Shown: positions 41,351-52,835 of the stretch, piece by piece | Layout: each line of letters begins with the position of its first letter | Position numbering within the stretch: position 1 is the stretch's first letter | Assembly: GCA_048269045.1 (NCBI GenBank) | Contig: JBLWUG010000011.1 | Span: 24,602 to 88,601, forward strand | Origin: Pseudidiomarina sp. | GTDB taxonomy: Bacteria; Pseudomonadota; Gammaproteobacteria; Enterobacterales; Alteromonadaceae | Direction of reading: 5' to 3' | DNA: 64,000 nt | Translations under genes and position numbers: made by a program | The notes under the pieces: generated by a model | The model's input: the letters and a program-made list of their open reading frames with translations, nothing else | Database searches by the model: none | What the model was told of the DNA's origin: nothing

Positions 41351-44300
41351 ATGAGCCAAAATCAGTCTGTACTACAAGCCTTCACGCCTATTGATTGGCG
41401 TGAAGGTGGTCTCGAAAGTATCTATCAACGTTACTTACTTGCCCTCGAGCAGGAAACCTTTAACGGTGATATCGATAGCAGTTATAGTGGCCGATTAATT
41501 GCAGCTACTGATAATAGTGTTTATCAGCAGTTACCGCAGGCTGTGTTATATCCGAAATCTATTGCCGCCATCCAACTAGCTTTTAAACTGGCCCAGCAGG
41601 ATGAATTTCGCGCGATAGTATTTTCCCCGAGAGGCGGCGGCACCGGTACCAATGGGCAATCACTAACTGCGGGTATCGTGGTCGACTTAAGTCGCTACTT
41701 TACTGAAGTTTTAGCGGTTAATGGTGATGATCATTGGGTGCACTGCCAAACAGGCGTGGTCAAAGATGCGCTCAATGATGCGGTTCGTGAACATGGCCTG
41801 TTTTTCTCGCCTGACTTGTCAACCAGTAACCGTGCCACTATCGGCGGTATGATCAATACTGACGCTTCAGGGCAGGGCTCCTTGGTGTACGGTAAAACCA
41901 GTGATCACATCCTAGAGCTCACTTCAGTGTTACTTAACGGTGAAGTCATTCACACCAAGCCTATTCCTGTTGCTGAAGCCCAAGCCATGGCTAAAGGCGA
42001 TACGCTCGAAGCAGCAATTTACCGCCAAGTGCTCGCAAGTTGCGTTGATTTTCGCGACGAAATTGATGCTAAATTCCCACCATTAAATCGGTTTTTAACC
42101 GGTTATGATTTGAAACATGCGTATGATCCTGCAGCAAATAGCATTGATATTTCGCGGATTCTTGCCGGTTCAGAAGGTACCTTAGCGCTAATTGTTGACG
42201 CCAAACTGAACCTCACGCAAATTCCACGACATAAAGTATTGGTGAACGTGAAGTACAGTGATTTCCAAGCAGCACTGCGCAATGCACCAGTATTAGTAAA
42301 AGCTCGAGCTACATCGGTAGAAACCATTGATAGCAACGTACTCGATTTGGCGCGCAACGATATTATTTGGCACCAAGTTGCAGACCAGCTCAAAGACGTT
42401 GAGGGTCAAACCATGTTGGGGATTAACATGGTTGAGTTTACTGCAGTTGATCAGGCGGAAATTGATAGCAAAGTCGATGCCCTGACGAAGCAGCTGGATG
42501 GGCTTATTGCAGACCATCCTGAACAAGGAATTATTGGCTACCAAGTTTGTGCTGAGCCGCAAAGCATTCAAACCATTTATGCCATGCGGAAAAAAGCCGT
42601 TGGCTTGCTTGGGGCAACCAAAGGCCGCCGCAAACCGGTCGCTTTTGCCGAAGATACTGCCGTTCCGCCTGAGCATTTAGCTGATTTCATTATGGAATTC
42701 AGAGCTATTCTTGACGCTGAGCAGCTGCATTACGGTATGTTTGGTCACGTGGATGCGGGCGTACTACACGTACGTCCGGCGTTAGATATGACGCAACCAG
42801 ACGATGAAGTTTTACTGCGAAAGATCAGTGACCAAGTGGCTAAGTTAACCGCTAAATACGGCGGTTTAATGTGGGGCGAACATGGTAAAGGCTACCGCTC
42901 CGAGTACGCACCGCAATTTTTTGGTGAATTACTCTATGGTGAACTGCAAAAAATTAAAGCAGTATTTGATCCAGATAACCGGTTAAACCCAGGTAAGATT
43001 TGTACGCCGTGGGGCAGCCAAGCGGAACTGGTTTCCGTGGATGCGAAAAAACGCGGAACCTACGATCGTCAAATACCTATTCAGGTACGTGATAGTTATG
43101 AAGCGGCTATGAGCTGTAACGGCAACGGCTTGTGCTTTAACTATGATACGACATCAGCCATGTGCCCATCTTATAAAGCTACCGGTGATCGCCGCTATTC
43201 ACCGAAAGGGCGAGCAACACTTATTCGCGAATGGCTACGGCTAACCAGCACCAACGGTATTGATGTTACTGGGATACCTAAACCTGCATCCCGGGGTCTT
43301 TCACAGGCTAAATCCATAGTTCCCAATGATTTTAATCATGAAATTAAAGCGTCCATGGATGCTTGTCTGGCCTGTAAAGCTTGCGCGAGTCAATGTCCGG
43401 TTAAAGTGGATGTGCCTAGCTTCAGAGCTCGATTTTTAGCTTGGTACCATCAAATCTACCGTCGTCCACTGAAAGACTATCTCGTCCGCGACGTAGAGTC
43501 TGTCGGAAAATGGTTATCGAAATGGCCGCGCCTTAGTAACTTAGTTACCCATAACCCTATTAGTCGTTGGGTAACTGAACGACTGATTGGGTATGTGGAT
43601 GCGCCAAAACTATCAATACCAAACTTAACTACTCGGTGGCAGCAACACAGCTGGCCACAACTGAGCGTAAGTGAACTTGGTAAAGTAGCACCAGAAGCAC
43701 GAGCGAATATGGTCGTGGTGGTGCAAGATCCATTCACGAGCTTTTATGAAGCTGAATTGGTTGAAGCTTTTGGGCTGTTGGCGAGCAAGCTTGGTTTTCA
43801 GCCGGTATTGCTGGAGTTTTTGGGCAACGGTAAAGCACAACACGTTAAAGGTTTTCTGCATGAGTTCGTTGCAACAGCATCGACCGTCGGCAAACAATTA
43901 GCGCAACTGCAGCAATTAGATCTGAAGATGGTGGGTTTAGATGCATCCACTGTTTTATGCCTACGCGATGAATATCAGGAATATATGGAGCCGAAACAGA
44001 GCTTTAATGTTCAGTTGGCGCAAGAATGGTTACTACAAGTGTTACCCGAACGAGCAGAGCGGGTGACCGTTTCTCAGCCACAGCAAGCCTTGCAGTTATT
44101 AATGCATTGTACGGAACAAACCGCGATACCCACAGCGGCCAAACAATGGCAGCAAGTGTTTGCGTATTGGCAATTACCAGTATCGAATCAAGCAACGGGT
44201 TGTTGCGGTATGGCTGGTACTTACGGACATGAAAAAGAGAACTTAACAACCAGCAAGAAGCTTTATGAAATGAGTTGGCAGCAGCCAGTAAATGAAGCGC

Positions 44301-44407
44301 AGGTAGTGAACTTGGTGACTGGGTTTTCGTGTCGGAGTCAGGTTAAACGTTTGGATAACAAGCGGGCATTACACCCGCTTCAATGGTTAGCGCAGAGCTG
44401 CTCTTAA
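41351..44407 (+). CDS. ydiJ: FAD-binding oxidase fused to Fe-S and CCG domains (YdiJ-type, putative D-2-hydroxyglutarate dehydrogenase)
   Basis: 1018 aa, the same length as E. coli YdiJ. It has an N-terminal FAD_binding_4/GlcD-like region, a central 4Fe-4S Cys cluster (C..C..C...CP) and a C-terminal Cys-rich region. Confidence 0.85.
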   Translation: MSQNQSVLQAFTPIDWREGGLESIYQRYLLALEQETFNGDIDSSYSGRLIAATDNSVYQQLPQAVLYPKSIAAIQLAFKLAQQDEFRAIVFSPRGGGTGTNGQSLTAGIVVDLSRYFTEVLAVNGDDHWVHCQTGVVKDALNDAVREHGLFFSPDLSTSNRATIGGMINTDASGQGSLVYGKTSDHILELTSVLLNGEVIHTKPIPVAEAQAMAKGDTLEAAIYRQVLASCVDFRDEIDAKFPPLNRFLTGYDLKHAYDPAANSIDISRILAGSEGTLALIVDAKLNLTQIPRHKVLVNVKYSDFQAALRNAPVLVKARATSVETIDSNVLDLARNDIIWHQVADQLKDVEGQTMLGINMVEFTAVDQAEIDSKVDALTKQLDGLIADHPEQGIIGYQVCAEPQSIQTIYAMRKKAVGLLGATKGRRKPVAFAEDTAVPPEHLADFIMEFRAILDAEQLHYGMFGHVDAGVLHVRPALDMTQPDDEVLLRKISDQVAKLTAKYGGLMWGEHGKGYRSEYAPQFFGELLYGELQKIKAVFDPDNRLNPGKICTPWGSQAELVSVDAKKRGTYDRQIPIQVRDSYEAAMSCNGNGLCFNYDTTSAMCPSYKATGDRRYSPKGRATLIREWLRLTSTNGIDVTGIPKPASRGLSQAKSIVPNDFNHEIKASMDACLACKACASQCPVKVDVPSFRARFLAWYHQIYRRPLKDYLVRDVESVGKWLSKWPRLSNLVTHNPISRWVTERLIGYVDAPKLSIPNLTTRWQQHSWPQLSVSELGKVAPEARANMVVVVQDPFTSFYEAELVEAFGLLASKLGFQPVLLEFLGNGKAQHVKGFLHEFVATASTVGKQLAQLQQLDLKMVGLDASTVLCLRDEYQEYMEPKQSFNVQLAQEWLLQVLPERAERVTVSQPQQALQLLMHCTEQTAIPTAAKQWQQVFAYWQLPVSNQATGCCGMAGTYGHEKENLTTSKKLYEMSWQQPVNEAQVVNLVTGFSCRSQVKRLDNKRALHPLQWLAQSCS

Positions 44408-44419
44408 CGAGCAGCTTTT
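44396..44419 (+). terminator. terminator-like hairpin for ydiJ that spans both convergent stop codons
   Basis: AGCTGCTC (44396-403), loop ttaac, GAGCAGCT (44409-416), then TTTT-g. The loop TTAA holds the ydiJ TAA and the ldh TAA on the opposite strand. Confidence 0.6.
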
Positions 44420-45447
44420 GCGTTGGCAATAACTTCACGTGCCAACTGGTCTGCAATTTCACCCGTAGGGCGGTTTTCAGTTGCAGAACGAGCAAAGATT
44501 TCAGCTAAAGTGTCGTAGATGTTACGTACACGTTTTTCCGTTTCTTCTAAGCTCATGTTTGCAGCTTCACTACAAACGTGGATAACGCCACCGGCGTTGA
44601 TTACATAGTCAGGCGCATACAAAATACCCATATCCATAACTTTCTTGTCATGAGCAGGGGTAGCTAATTGGTTGTTCGCGCTACCGGCAATAACCTTAGC
44701 TTTGATTTGCTTCAAGGTGTCATCGTTGATGGTTGCACCTAATGCACAAGGCGCATACACGTCGACATCAAGACCGTAGATATCATCTAAGCCAACCACG
44801 GTTGCATTCAATTCTTTAGCGGCGCGAGCACAAGCTTCTTCATTGATGTCCGTTACCCAAAGCTCTGCACCATCGTTAGCACAGTGAGCTGCAAAAGCGT
44901 AACCAACAGCACCTAAACCTTGAATCGCAATTTTCACACCTTGCAGGTCATCACGACCAAGCTGGTGTTTAACCGCAGCTTTTAAGCCTAAGTAGGTACC
45001 TAAAGCAGTGTGTGGTGAAGGATCACCGGCTTTATCAGCGGTACCTGCTACGTGAGCGGTTTCTTCGCTGACGTAAGCGATATCTTCGGTGCGAATATTT
45101 ACATCTTCTGCAGTGATGTAGCGACCACTTAACGACTCAATAAAACGGCCGTAAGCGCGCAATAATTCAGGGGTTTTCGCAGTTTTAGCGTCACCGATAA
45201 TTACTGCTTTACCACCACCAAGAGGTAGGCCGGCGAGGGCACTTTTATACGTCATACCGCGAGATAAACGCAGTACATCCGTTAATGCTTCAGCTGATGA
45301 AGCATAGTTCCATAAGCGTGTACCGCCAAGAGATGGGCCCAAAGTAGTATCGTGGATGGCGATAATTGCTTTTAAACCAGTTTCTTTGTCATGACAGAAC
45401 ACGACTTGTTCGTGTTGGTCGAACTCTGTATGTTCGAATAGAGACAT
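44404..45447 (-). CDS. ldh: leucine dehydrogenase (Glu/Leu/Phe/Val dehydrogenase family)
   Basis: The start is set at MSLFEHTEFDQHEQVVFCHD..GLKAIIAIHDTTLGP.LGG.R at 45447, with GAGGA 9 nt upstream. A Rossmann GLGAVG motif is present. Confidence 0.9.
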   Translation of the reverse strand: MSLFEHTEFDQHEQVVFCHDKETGLKAIIAIHDTTLGPSLGGTRLWNYASSAEALTDVLRLSRGMTYKSALAGLPLGGGKAVIIGDAKTAKTPELLRAYGRFIESLSGRYITAEDVNIRTEDIAYVSEETAHVAGTADKAGDPSPHTALGTYLGLKAAVKHQLGRDDLQGVKIAIQGLGAVGYAFAAHCANDGAELWVTDINEEACARAAKELNATVVGLDDIYGLDVDVYAPCALGATINDDTLKQIKAKVIAGSANNQLATPAHDKKVMDMGILYAPDYVINAGGVIHVCSEAANMSLEETEKRVRNIYDTLAEIFARSATENRPTGEIADQLAREVIANAKAAR

Positions 45448-45660
45448 TCTAGGTAATCCTCGTTCATCCCAAAAGTGCGCGAACAATACCACTTTGTTAG
45501 TAAATTCACCAGTCTAAGGAGCAAATAAAACGTTAACGTAAACGTAAACTTTTGAATGCAAAAATTACATTTATGAAAACTTTGCGTTTGCGCTAAATAA
45601 AGGTAGTATGAATTCAACGAAACCATTGGATATTAGCGTTTATTATAATAGGTAGTACGT

Positions 45661-46092
45661 ATGTCAGAACAATCAGAACAACTAGAAATGTCAGAAGAGC
45701 AAGCAGCGAAGTGGGTCCGTGATCATTTCCAAGCGGCCAACAAGTACTTAGCTGAGCAGGGAATCATCACCGATAAAATCTTATCGAAAGAAAGCCGTTA
45801 TTTGCTGCCGATTGTAGCGATTTGGAAATTCAAAACTCAAGATCGCAAAGAGGTTTGGGTCATTAACGGTGATGTACCTACCGATATGATGAACGCGAAA
45901 GCCGCTAAAGATGCACGCGAAGCTATGCGTCACTTTTCAATGCAATGGCAAATGAAAGCTGAAGTTGTTGCGCAGACTGCAGAAGGTAATCAGGAAAAGT
46001 TACGTTATGCGACTTACTTGGTGAATCGTGCAGAAAATCTATATCAGGTGCTGGAATCGAAAGACTTTTGGCAAGAAGAACAGCACGATTAA
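45661..46092 (+). CDS. hypothetical protein (about 143 aa, acidic N-terminus; possibly DUF4826 family)
   Basis: Clean ORF with its own upstream region. I do not recognise a function, and the family assignment is from memory only. Confidence 0.55.
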   Translation: MSEQSEQLEMSEEQAAKWVRDHFQAANKYLAEQGIITDKILSKESRYLLPIVAIWKFKTQDRKEVWVINGDVPTDMMNAKAAKDAREAMRHFSMQWQMKAEVVAQTAEGNQEKLRYATYLVNRAENLYQVLESKDFWQEEQHD

Positions 46093-47230
46093 TCGTGCTG
46101 CTCCACCAAATAGAAAATACCAGCATTAATGAGGTCGCACAGTAATTCTGCGGCCTCTTCTTTTTCTAGCTTCTCTTGTAATTCCACTAATGGCGTATCC
46201 GCCCAAATAGCACCAAGTTCATTCGCGAAGGCCAAAGTGTCTGGCGTCAGCGAGAACGCTTCCCCATTACTATAAAGCACATCGTTCGGGCCAATTAACA
46301 CGCGCGCACCTGGAGTGCGGCAAAGTAGAATATCGGCTGCTTCCGCGGCCTCATATAAATCGGCTAACTGAATGAATTGATCAGGTTGGGGCAGTGGTCG
46401 TTTGCTTTGCGACATCACTAACAACATGGCCTCATCAAGATCAGTTGCTTGCATACTTTGCAGCAAGAACTCACGTAAATGGGCAAGTTGTTGTGCGGTA
46501 ACTTGATGGCTAGCACCATAGTTACTTGCATGGGCATCGCGATAGCGGCTTAGTTCCACATTGCTGTGCGATAGCTGATCAGCTACGGCAGCCGCAAACT
46601 CTGCGGTATTTGGGGCACGAAAGCCAACCGAGTAATTCATGCTCGGTTCCAGTGCAACACCATGATGCGGACAGCCTGCTGGTATGTACAGCATATCACC
46701 GGGCTCAAGTACGACATCAATGATAGGTTCAAAGTCGTCAGCCAGTTGCTTCAAGTCAGGGTGCGGGTAAAACTCGTTCGCTGCGGTAACGCGTTTACCG
46801 ACCTGCCAATGACGACGGCCGCTACCTTGAATAATAAACACATCATATTGATCCAAGTGTGGGCCCACACTGCCATTTTCAGTGGCAAAGCTGATCATCA
46901 CATCATCAATACGCCAGTCCGGCAAAAACCGAAACGGGGCAATCAGTTGCTGTACTTCAGGAACCCATTCGTTGACCGACTGCACCAGTAGCGTCCAATC
47001 GGTGTCACCGAAGGCTTCATAACTTTCAAACGGACCATGACTAACCAACCACTCTTGATCACGGTGCTCAATCACACGTGAATCAACACCATCCTCAAGG
47101 GCGAGGCCGGCGAGCAATTCAGGTTCAATAAGGTCATCGAAAGGCGCAAAAGCTTGACGATAAAAGCGCGGCTGTTGTTGCCACGCTTTATCGAGAAACT
47201 CTGTGGTGTCTAACTGGAGCTGTAAAGCCA

Positions 47231-47231
<1 letters not shown>
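46089..47231 (-). CDS. roxA: ribosomal protein uL16 arginine hydroxylase (JmjC/cupin 4; YcfD)
   Basis: Collinear with E. coli YcfD/RoxA (..GP.LDQYDVFIIQG.GRR.W.VG.., ..PGD.LYIP.G.PH.G.ALE..MNYSVGFRAPN). Confidence 0.92.
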
Positions 47232-49241
<2,010 letters not shown>

Positions 49242-49245
<4 letters not shown>

Positions 49246-50372
49246 AGTAACACCTCATGATTGGCTAAACGTGATTCAATAATACCGCCGCCAAGACACA
49301 CTTCAGCTTGATAAAATACGGCCGATTGACCAGGCGTAACAGCGGCGACAGGCTCATCAAACTCAACTTGCACGCGGCCATCTGGCAAAGGCGAAACTAA
49401 ACATGGAATATCTTGCTGGCGATAGCGCGTTTTAACGACACAGCGGAAGGGCTGTTGTACTTGTTCGCGATCAACCCAGTGCAGTTGGCCAGCCACTAAA
49501 CCGGTAGAAAATAAACGTGGGTGGTTTTTACCTTGAGCAACCAACAAAACATTGCGCTTAACGTCTTTATCCACCACGTACCAAGCTTCATCACCAGCGT
49601 TAGCTAAACCACCAATGTGTAAGCCTTTGCGCTGACCTAAGGTGTGGTACATCAAGCCTTCATGTTGACCGAGCTCAATGCCATCTACAGATTCAATGAT
49701 GCCAGGGGTCGCTGGTAAATATTGCTGCAAAAAGTCTTTGAACTTGCGTTCGCCGATAAAACAAATACCTGTTGAATCTTTCTTATCAGCCGTGACCAAG
49801 CCTTGCTCTTCAGCAATTTCACGCACTTGTGGCTTTTCTAGCTCGCCCACAGGGAATAAGGTCTGCGCGACATGGCTGTGCGCTAACGTATATAAAAAGT
49901 AACTTTGATCTTTATTGTCATCGAGACCACGCAACAACTGGAATTTACCATCCTGTTCGCGGCGGCGAACGTAATGGCCAGTTGCAATGTAATCGGCATT
50001 TAAAGCGGCTGCAGCAAACTCTAAGAAGGCCTTAAACTTAATTTCTTTATTGCACATGATATCGGGATTCGGCGTGCGTCCAGCGCGGTATTCCTCTAAG
50101 AAATACTCGAACACATTGTCCCAATATTCAGCTGCAAAGTTGACGGTATGTAATGGAATGCCAAGCTTTTCACAAACTGCTTCAGCGTCAGCTAAATCCT
50201 CTGCAGCTGCACAGTATTCATTAGTGTCGTCTTCTTCCCAGTTTTTCATGAAAAGCCCTTCAACTTGATAGCCTTGTTGTAAAAGCAAGTAAGCTGAAAC
50301 TGACGAATCAACACCACCGGACATGCCGATGATTACTTTTTTAGTTGAAGCTGCTGCGGTTGTCACTGACAT
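49242..50372 (-). CDS. mnmA: tRNA 2-thiouridine(34) synthase
   Basis: The start is set to [25 protein letters not shown] (PP-loop) at 50372. The ORF-track extension to 50501 overlaps rluE. Confidence 0.95.
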
Positions 50373-50427
50373 TCGTACCTTAGATAAATGTATAAAGATG
50401 TATTGAAAAGCATTATGGGCGCGGATT

Positions 50428-51057
50428 TTACCACACTGGGGGTTCTTCGCGCCACTCGCCTGGCTGTAATCCTCGTAACATCCAAGGACCAACACCAGCA
50501 CGAATCAGTCTTAGGGTAGGGAGCCCAACCGCAGCGGTCATGCGCCGTACTTGGCGGTTGCGGCCTTCACTAATCTTAATGCACAACCAGCTATCAGGTA
50601 CCGTTAAGCGTTCGCGTACGGGCGGATTGCGTGGCCATAGGTTTTGCGGTTCATCCATCACAAAGGCCTCAGCCGGAGCAGTTAAGCCATCATTTAGCTC
50701 AACCCCGTCGCGTAATTGCTGCAATGCCTGTTCATCTGGAATGCCTTCAACTTGCGCCCAGTAGGTTTTAACCAATTTGTGTTTGGGGTGACTGATTTTA
50801 TGTTGCAGCTCACCATCGTTGGTTAATACCAGCAAACCTTCACTATCTTTATCTAAGCGTCCGGCTGGATACACATCGGTGTGAGGAAGCAGTCCTTTTA
50901 AGGTGAGGTCACCTTCTTCACCCGAAAATTGTGTGAGTACGCCATAGGGTTTATTCAATAAAACCAGCTTGGGGCTTGCTGTTCGTGGCCGTGATTCATT
51001 GGTGCGCCGTCTTGACCGGCGGCGAAATGAGGGCTTATTTGTAGCTTTCTGATTCAT
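50428..51057 (-). CDS. rluE: 23S rRNA pseudouridine(2457) synthase RluE
   Basis: 209 aa with a basic N-terminus, ..LNKP.GV..QF.., and [16 protein letters not shown]. Syntenic with mnmA; nudJ is absent. Confidence 0.9.
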   Translation of the reverse strand: MNQKATNKPSFRRRSRRRTNESRPRTASPKLVLLNKPYGVLTQFSGEEGDLTLKGLLPHTDVYPAGRLDKDSEGLLVLTNDGELQHKISHPKHKLVKTYWAQVEGIPDEQALQQLRDGVELNDGLTAPAEAFVMDEPQNLWPRNPPVRERLTVPDSWLCIKISEGRNRQVRRMTAAVGLPTLRLIRAGVGPWMLRGLQPGEWREEPPVW

Positions 51058-51116
51058 TGCGATTCCTTACCTCATCGTCTTGACACATATTATGACATAA
51101 GGCGACAAGCAAGGCA

Positions 51117-51146
51117 TTGGTAACTACCTATACATTCACATATAAT
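51117..51146 (+). promoter_or_regulatory. candidate sigma70 promoter for the 51178 membrane-protein gene
   Basis: TTGGTA-N18-TATAAT (perfect -10 at 51141-51146), 32 nt upstream of the GTG start, which is preceded by AAGGAG. Confidence 0.3.
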
Positions 51147-51177
51147 TGTTAGCGACACATATAAGGAGAACAATAAC

Positions 51178-51996
51178 GTGGCAGATTATCAAACCAATAA
51201 AAATACAGCGCCACCTCAGGGTGATTTTTCGCAAGCATTGCGCGGTGATATTAAGTTTTCAGTAGGGGCCGTATTACAGCGTTCATGGGATATAACCTTA
51301 CGTTCGTTGCCTATGATGCTTGCCGCAGGTGTTGTCGTTTTACTGATTAACTTTTTCGTTGGCACTGTACTCGAGCAACTATTACCAGGTGGCGAGATGA
51401 TCGACCCTGATAGTGGCGAGTTTCAATTAGAAAATGTGAGCTTTATCAATTTAGCACTCACTAATCTGTTGCAAGCATCAATTCTTGCGCCTTTCATTGG
51501 CTTGCTGGTGTGTATTGCCATTCGTAACGCGGCAGACTTAAAAACATCCACCGCCAATTTACGCGAAGTTTTTCATTTTGCTCCACAATTGATTGCAGTG
51601 GTCGTGATCACGACGGTTGCCGTCATGATCGGTGCTGGTCTATTAGCTTTAACCCATTACGTGATTGGTTGGGTGGGAGCAATTACCTTAATCGCTCTAT
51701 TGACCTTGTATGTGCAGTTGGCGCTCACGCTAGCAGTGCCTTTGGTACTCGATCGTAAGCTCAGTGCAATGCGCGCGATTCTTGGCTCAATCATGATTAT
51801 TAATAAGGTGATGGGCCGAGTTTTAGGTTTATTTATTTTGGTTTATATCATCGTCTTCATTTCAGCATTACCTTTAGGCTTAGGTTTAATTTTCACCTTG
51901 CCAATGTTGTACAACGTTACTGGTGTGTTGTACCAAACGCTGGTTGGTTACGCTGGTGATGCCGAGCAAAATGTTGTTAGTCAGGATGTTGAATAA
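51178..51996 (+). CDS. multi-pass inner membrane protein of unknown function (YciC/UPF0259-like architecture)
   Basis: 272 aa with about 6 hydrophobic segments. GTG start with a good SD. The architecture resembles the UPF0259/DUF975-type, but I cannot confirm the family. Confidence 0.6.
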   Translation: MADYQTNKNTAPPQGDFSQALRGDIKFSVGAVLQRSWDITLRSLPMMLAAGVVVLLINFFVGTVLEQLLPGGEMIDPDSGEFQLENVSFINLALTNLLQASILAPFIGLLVCIAIRNAADLKTSTANLREVFHFAPQLIAVVVITTVAVMIGAGLLALTHYVIGWVGAITLIALLTLYVQLALTLAVPLVLDRKLSAMRAILGSIMIINKVMGRVLGLFILVYIIVFISALPLGLGLIFTLPMLYNVTGVLYQTLVGYAGDAEQNVVSQDVE

Positions 51997-51998
51997 GA

Positions 51999-52835
51999 AT
52001 GCGTAAGTTATTTTTTGCTTTTGTCATTGCTGTCGTCGCATTTACCGCATGGTTACCTACGCAGTTGCACGGGCCGACAGCTGATATAAAAGAAAACAGT
52101 AGCGATACCGCAAGTAAAACAAGGAAACCAGTGACCGCCGCGGTGGTCACTGAAGTTCCAGATTTTTCGAGTTTTACTGATGTGCGAGCCAAGAAGTCCG
52201 CGTTTTTTGAGTTTCTTGGTCCTATAGTGCAAGCTGAAAATTTTATCATTTATCAGCAGCGCGAACGGCTATTGGCGTTGCAAGAGCAAGGCGAATTAAC
52301 GCTTGATAAAACGCAAATGCAGTGGCTATTAAAGTTAGCTGATGACTATGGTGTCGAGGTTGACCTTGACCGCTTAGACAGCACCATTACTCGGTTATTG
52401 CGTCGCGTTGATGTGGTGCCAGAAACATTAGTATTAGTGCAGGCAGCCAATGAATCAGGGTGGGGCAGTTCACGCTTTTCAAAAGATGCGCTCAACTTAT
52501 TCGGGCAATGGTGTTTTAGCCGCGGCTGTGGTTTGGTGCCTGACTCGCGCTTAGATGGTGCGGTGCATGAGGTGCGTAAGTTCAGTTCGGTTAACGCTTC
52601 GGTGCGCAGCTACTTGCGTAACATCAATACGCATCCGGCGTATTTTCAGTTACGTCAGCTACGTGCTCAGCAGCGCCAAAAAGGTGATACCTTGCGGGCT
52701 ATCGATTTAACTCAAGGTTTAATGCAGTATTCTGAACGGGGCGAAGCTTATATTGAAGAACTCAATAGTATGATTCGCGTCAATCGCCCCTTAATTCAAA
52801 GCGCGTTAGAGCCTAGCTCAAATTCCGCACCATAA
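51999..52835 (+). CDS. Bax-like protein with glucosaminidase (FlgJ C-terminal type) domain
   Basis: 278 aa with an N-terminal signal/anchor. The ..[17 protein letters not shown]....NLFG.WCF motif is typical of mannosyl-glycoprotein endo-beta-N-acetylglucosaminidase domains. Size is similar to E. coli Bax. Confidence 0.78.
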   Translation: MRKLFFAFVIAVVAFTAWLPTQLHGPTADIKENSSDTASKTRKPVTAAVVTEVPDFSSFTDVRAKKSAFFEFLGPIVQAENFIIYQQRERLLALQEQGELTLDKTQMQWLLKLADDYGVEVDLDRLDSTITRLLRRVDVVPETLVLVQAANESGWGSSRFSKDALNLFGQWCFSRGCGLVPDSRLDGAVHEVRKFSSVNASVRSYLRNINTHPAYFQLRQLRAQQRQKGDTLRAIDLTQGLMQYSERGEAYIEELNSMIRVNRPLIQSALEPSSNSAP

